A stretch of 64,000 nucleotides of DNA. Source: Phoronis australis. Its lineage: Eukaryota; Animalia; Phoronida. Of the stretch, positions 61,712 to 64,000 are shown one piece after another. The DNA lies in assembly GCA_002633005.1 (NCBI GenBank), contig NMRA01000529.1:62001-126000 (forward strand). The letters run 5' to 3'. The translations under genes were made by a program, and so were the position numbers. Below the pieces are notes generated by a model. That model did not search any database, was not told the DNA's origin, and saw only the letters and a list, made by a program, of their open reading frames with translations. Positions within the stretch are counted from its first letter, which is position 1. Each line of letters opens with the position of its first letter.

Positions 61712-61882
61712 GGAGTTGGTGATGTGAAATAGTTAAGAGTGGACTGTAGATGGAGCTGGTGATGTGAAATAGTTAAGGATGGACTGTAGATGGAGCTGGT
61801 GATGTGAAATAGTTAAGGATGGACTGTAGATGGAGCTGGTGATGTGAAATAGTTAAGGGTGGACTGTAGATGGAGCTGGTGA
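61712..61882. repeat. 40-bp tandem repeat, ~4.3 copies
   Basis: ggagctggtgatgtgaaatagttaaggatggactgtagat. Confidence 0.95.
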
Positions 61883-62184
61883 GGAAGCGATGTTGAACTT
61901 ACGGAAGTCTCTGAAGAGCTTCTGTTTCTCTATTTAAGCAAAAAAATATCCTTCACTGAATGCGGAAGGTGGACCCACCGAAACGTCAAGCCCATATAAT
62001 GTTTTAAACGTGGTGATGGATTTTGAAATAATTTGAAAATGTCATGTGGGGTTTATACCAAATGTCGTCCTCCGTAGATATTGTAGTTCAAACTTCTGTT
62101 TTCTTGATAGACATTTTTGTATAGAACAGTTGCATTTCTCAAATTTTTATCAATGTCCCGCACATTTCAGATAACTTTGAAGAC

Positions 62185-62335
62185 ATGAAGACTCCCTCTG
62201 CAGAAAAATATTCATATTTAAAAGGAGAGTGTTATAAAGATTTTCCTAACTCAAGCTTGCCGTGCAATGCTCTCTGGCGAGGTTTCCAGGAAAACACATC
62301 AGGGCATGCACTAAATAGAATATATCTGACTCCAG
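62185..62335 (+). CDS. DEG/ENaC copy 2 coding exon 1 (HG motif reads HA)
   Basis: MKTPSAEKYSYLKGECYK...FQENTSGHALNRIYLTP; same 151-nt length and donor as copy 1. Confidence 0.85.
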
Positions 62336-63363
62336 GTATGTTCAGCACTTGAGGGTGCCACAACTCGATCCCGCTACGAATAGTTTGTGATTTGTAATGG
62401 ATCATGCGGTTATAAAACACGACTCATCTTATTCCGCGACAGATTGGAGTTTATTGTGGGAATGGGAAACTAAGAGTTTGATATTTCTTGACTTGAAATG
62501 TGAATCTTAATCCGTCCATGAAAATTCCTAATCAAAGGAATTAAGAAGTGCTGCAACATCGTGCAGATGAGCAGTTTCGGTTTCTTTGATTATTTATTGA
62601 CTCATTCAAAAATGCATGCCTAACCCACGTGTTGCAACTGTAGAAGATCTCAATAATTTCATGTCTGGCAGCAGATGAGCGTTCTAGGAATGTGCTCCCA
62701 AGTGGGCCAGTTTGCGGTAGTTTGTAAAATTAAAAAGATCGTTCGTGATGTTTCGACAAAACGGATATTAGTCTTCTCAATTCAGTTCTTACATTTACAC
62801 CCATTAATCGGGATCTACTGTTACCTAATAATAGAACGGTTATGTCAAGAAAATGTCAGACAAAATGTTGTTGAACCGGATCTTGAAAGACGTTCAATCA
62901 TTTCTGAAAAATTGTACAAATTTATTGTGCGCAAAGATAGGTTTTAACGTGTTCAGACTTGATCCCGCTTCAGATCTTGAACGGGTACACCCACTGACGT
63001 TTGTGTCTCCTGTAAATGACAAAACTCTTTAGCAGTCCCACCTCATAACTAGGAGTTACACCTTGAGCCAAAGAGATTATTTTGAGAATTGTTTACCATT
63101 GTTTACGACCAGATAAGATTGTGCTTCAATACTCCTCGCCAACTACAACGCAATATCACCCATGGCACATGAGCCATTGGAGCCTAAGTGCTTTGATATG
63201 GTGGCAAGCCGCTTTCCTGGGGCTCTTGGGTAAAGAGTGAGCAGATTCCTAAATAAAATTTGCGAAAGTTATAACTGACGCATTTTCCTACTGATCTCTC
63301 AATTTTACTTGACATAATAAGTATAAAACTGTTTGATTTTAAGACAAGTATCATGCTTTACAG

Positions 63364-63630
63364 GTATCATTAAAAAAGTGCTATGGATTCTTGTGTGCAT
63401 CGGAGGATTCGGTGCCTGGGGCACTCACACCACGACGTTATTGTTCAATTATTTTCAATTCCATTTTTCCGTTACCGTGGAAATTAAGACAGCCAAGAAC
63501 CTGAGCTTCCCCGCCGTTACCGTGTGCAATTTGAATCAAGTAAGGTCATCAAAGATCGAGGGTGTTATCAATATTGACGAGATTTACAAGGCGGCAAATC
63601 AGATTGTCGAAGACGGAGAGGGAGAGTTAG
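63364..63630 (+). CDS. DEG/ENaC copy 2 coding exon 2; gene presumably continues beyond the window
   Basis: 267-nt open exon with 7 aa differences from copy 1; intact AG/GT. Confidence 0.9.
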
Positions 63631-64000
63631 GTAATAACTAAAGTTTTGTTGGAAAGCCCTGTATAACTAAACAATACCACTGTTTGTACGAGTATGAAAG
63701 GCCTTCATTAAAGGTTTGCCAGACCTGTGTTTTCAGGAGACTGGGAGGTTGCTATTACAGAGTTATATAGCTCCAAAAAGCGGGCATGTGGATAGGTAGC
63801 TCTAATATAGCGTTAATTGCTTTTACAGACAAAGTTGCAGTAAAGTCGTTATGTACATGTACAACTAGTAGGGTACTGAGTAGTCAGAAATCAATTTTTT
63901 ATTTGACAGTTTGCACTTTATTTGAAATCTTCAATTTATTAGAAACGACTTTAGAGGAGAATGTCCCATCAGTCTAGGCTGATGAGACATAAGGCACGAC

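Larger units (their letters stand above)
54788..63975 (+). repeat. Segmental duplicate of ~24110-33410 (upstream region and 5' exons of the channel gene)
   Basis: Colinear homologous blocks, e.g. 24110/54788, 25740/58205, 28690/60250, 29860/61585, 30687/62185, 32822/63364. Confidence 0.9.

Overview
AT-rich metazoan genomic DNA, most likely a marine invertebrate (organism not determinable from the sequence), with spliced genes and many repeats. (1) An XAB2/SYF1 splicing-factor gene on + with 22 phase-consistent coding exons (4777-22319, 835 aa); only the short ATG exon was not located. (2) A complete 11-exon, 513-aa DEG/ENaC channel gene on + (30687-48852). (3) The first two coding exons of a tandem paralogue (62185-63630) inside a segmental duplication (~24110-33410 vs ~54788-63970); it has HA in place of the conserved HG gating motif. 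Mobile DNA includes a miniature LTR element with a tRNA-like sequence inside its LTR (393-843), two Kolobok derivatives (one retaining KolX and transposase fragments), a degenerate LOA/R1-type LINE, RTE and Penelope fragments, several MITEs, and a TAG-ended element present in only one of two redundant copies at two sites. Two single-N junctions (25024, 31558) probably join redundant alleles. No clearly new multi-gene system is evident; the best leads are the tRNA-in-LTR element, the diverging channel pair, KolX next to a channel gene, minisatellites copying XAB2 splice signals, and a double fold-back templated insertion. All coordinates and alignments were done by eye.
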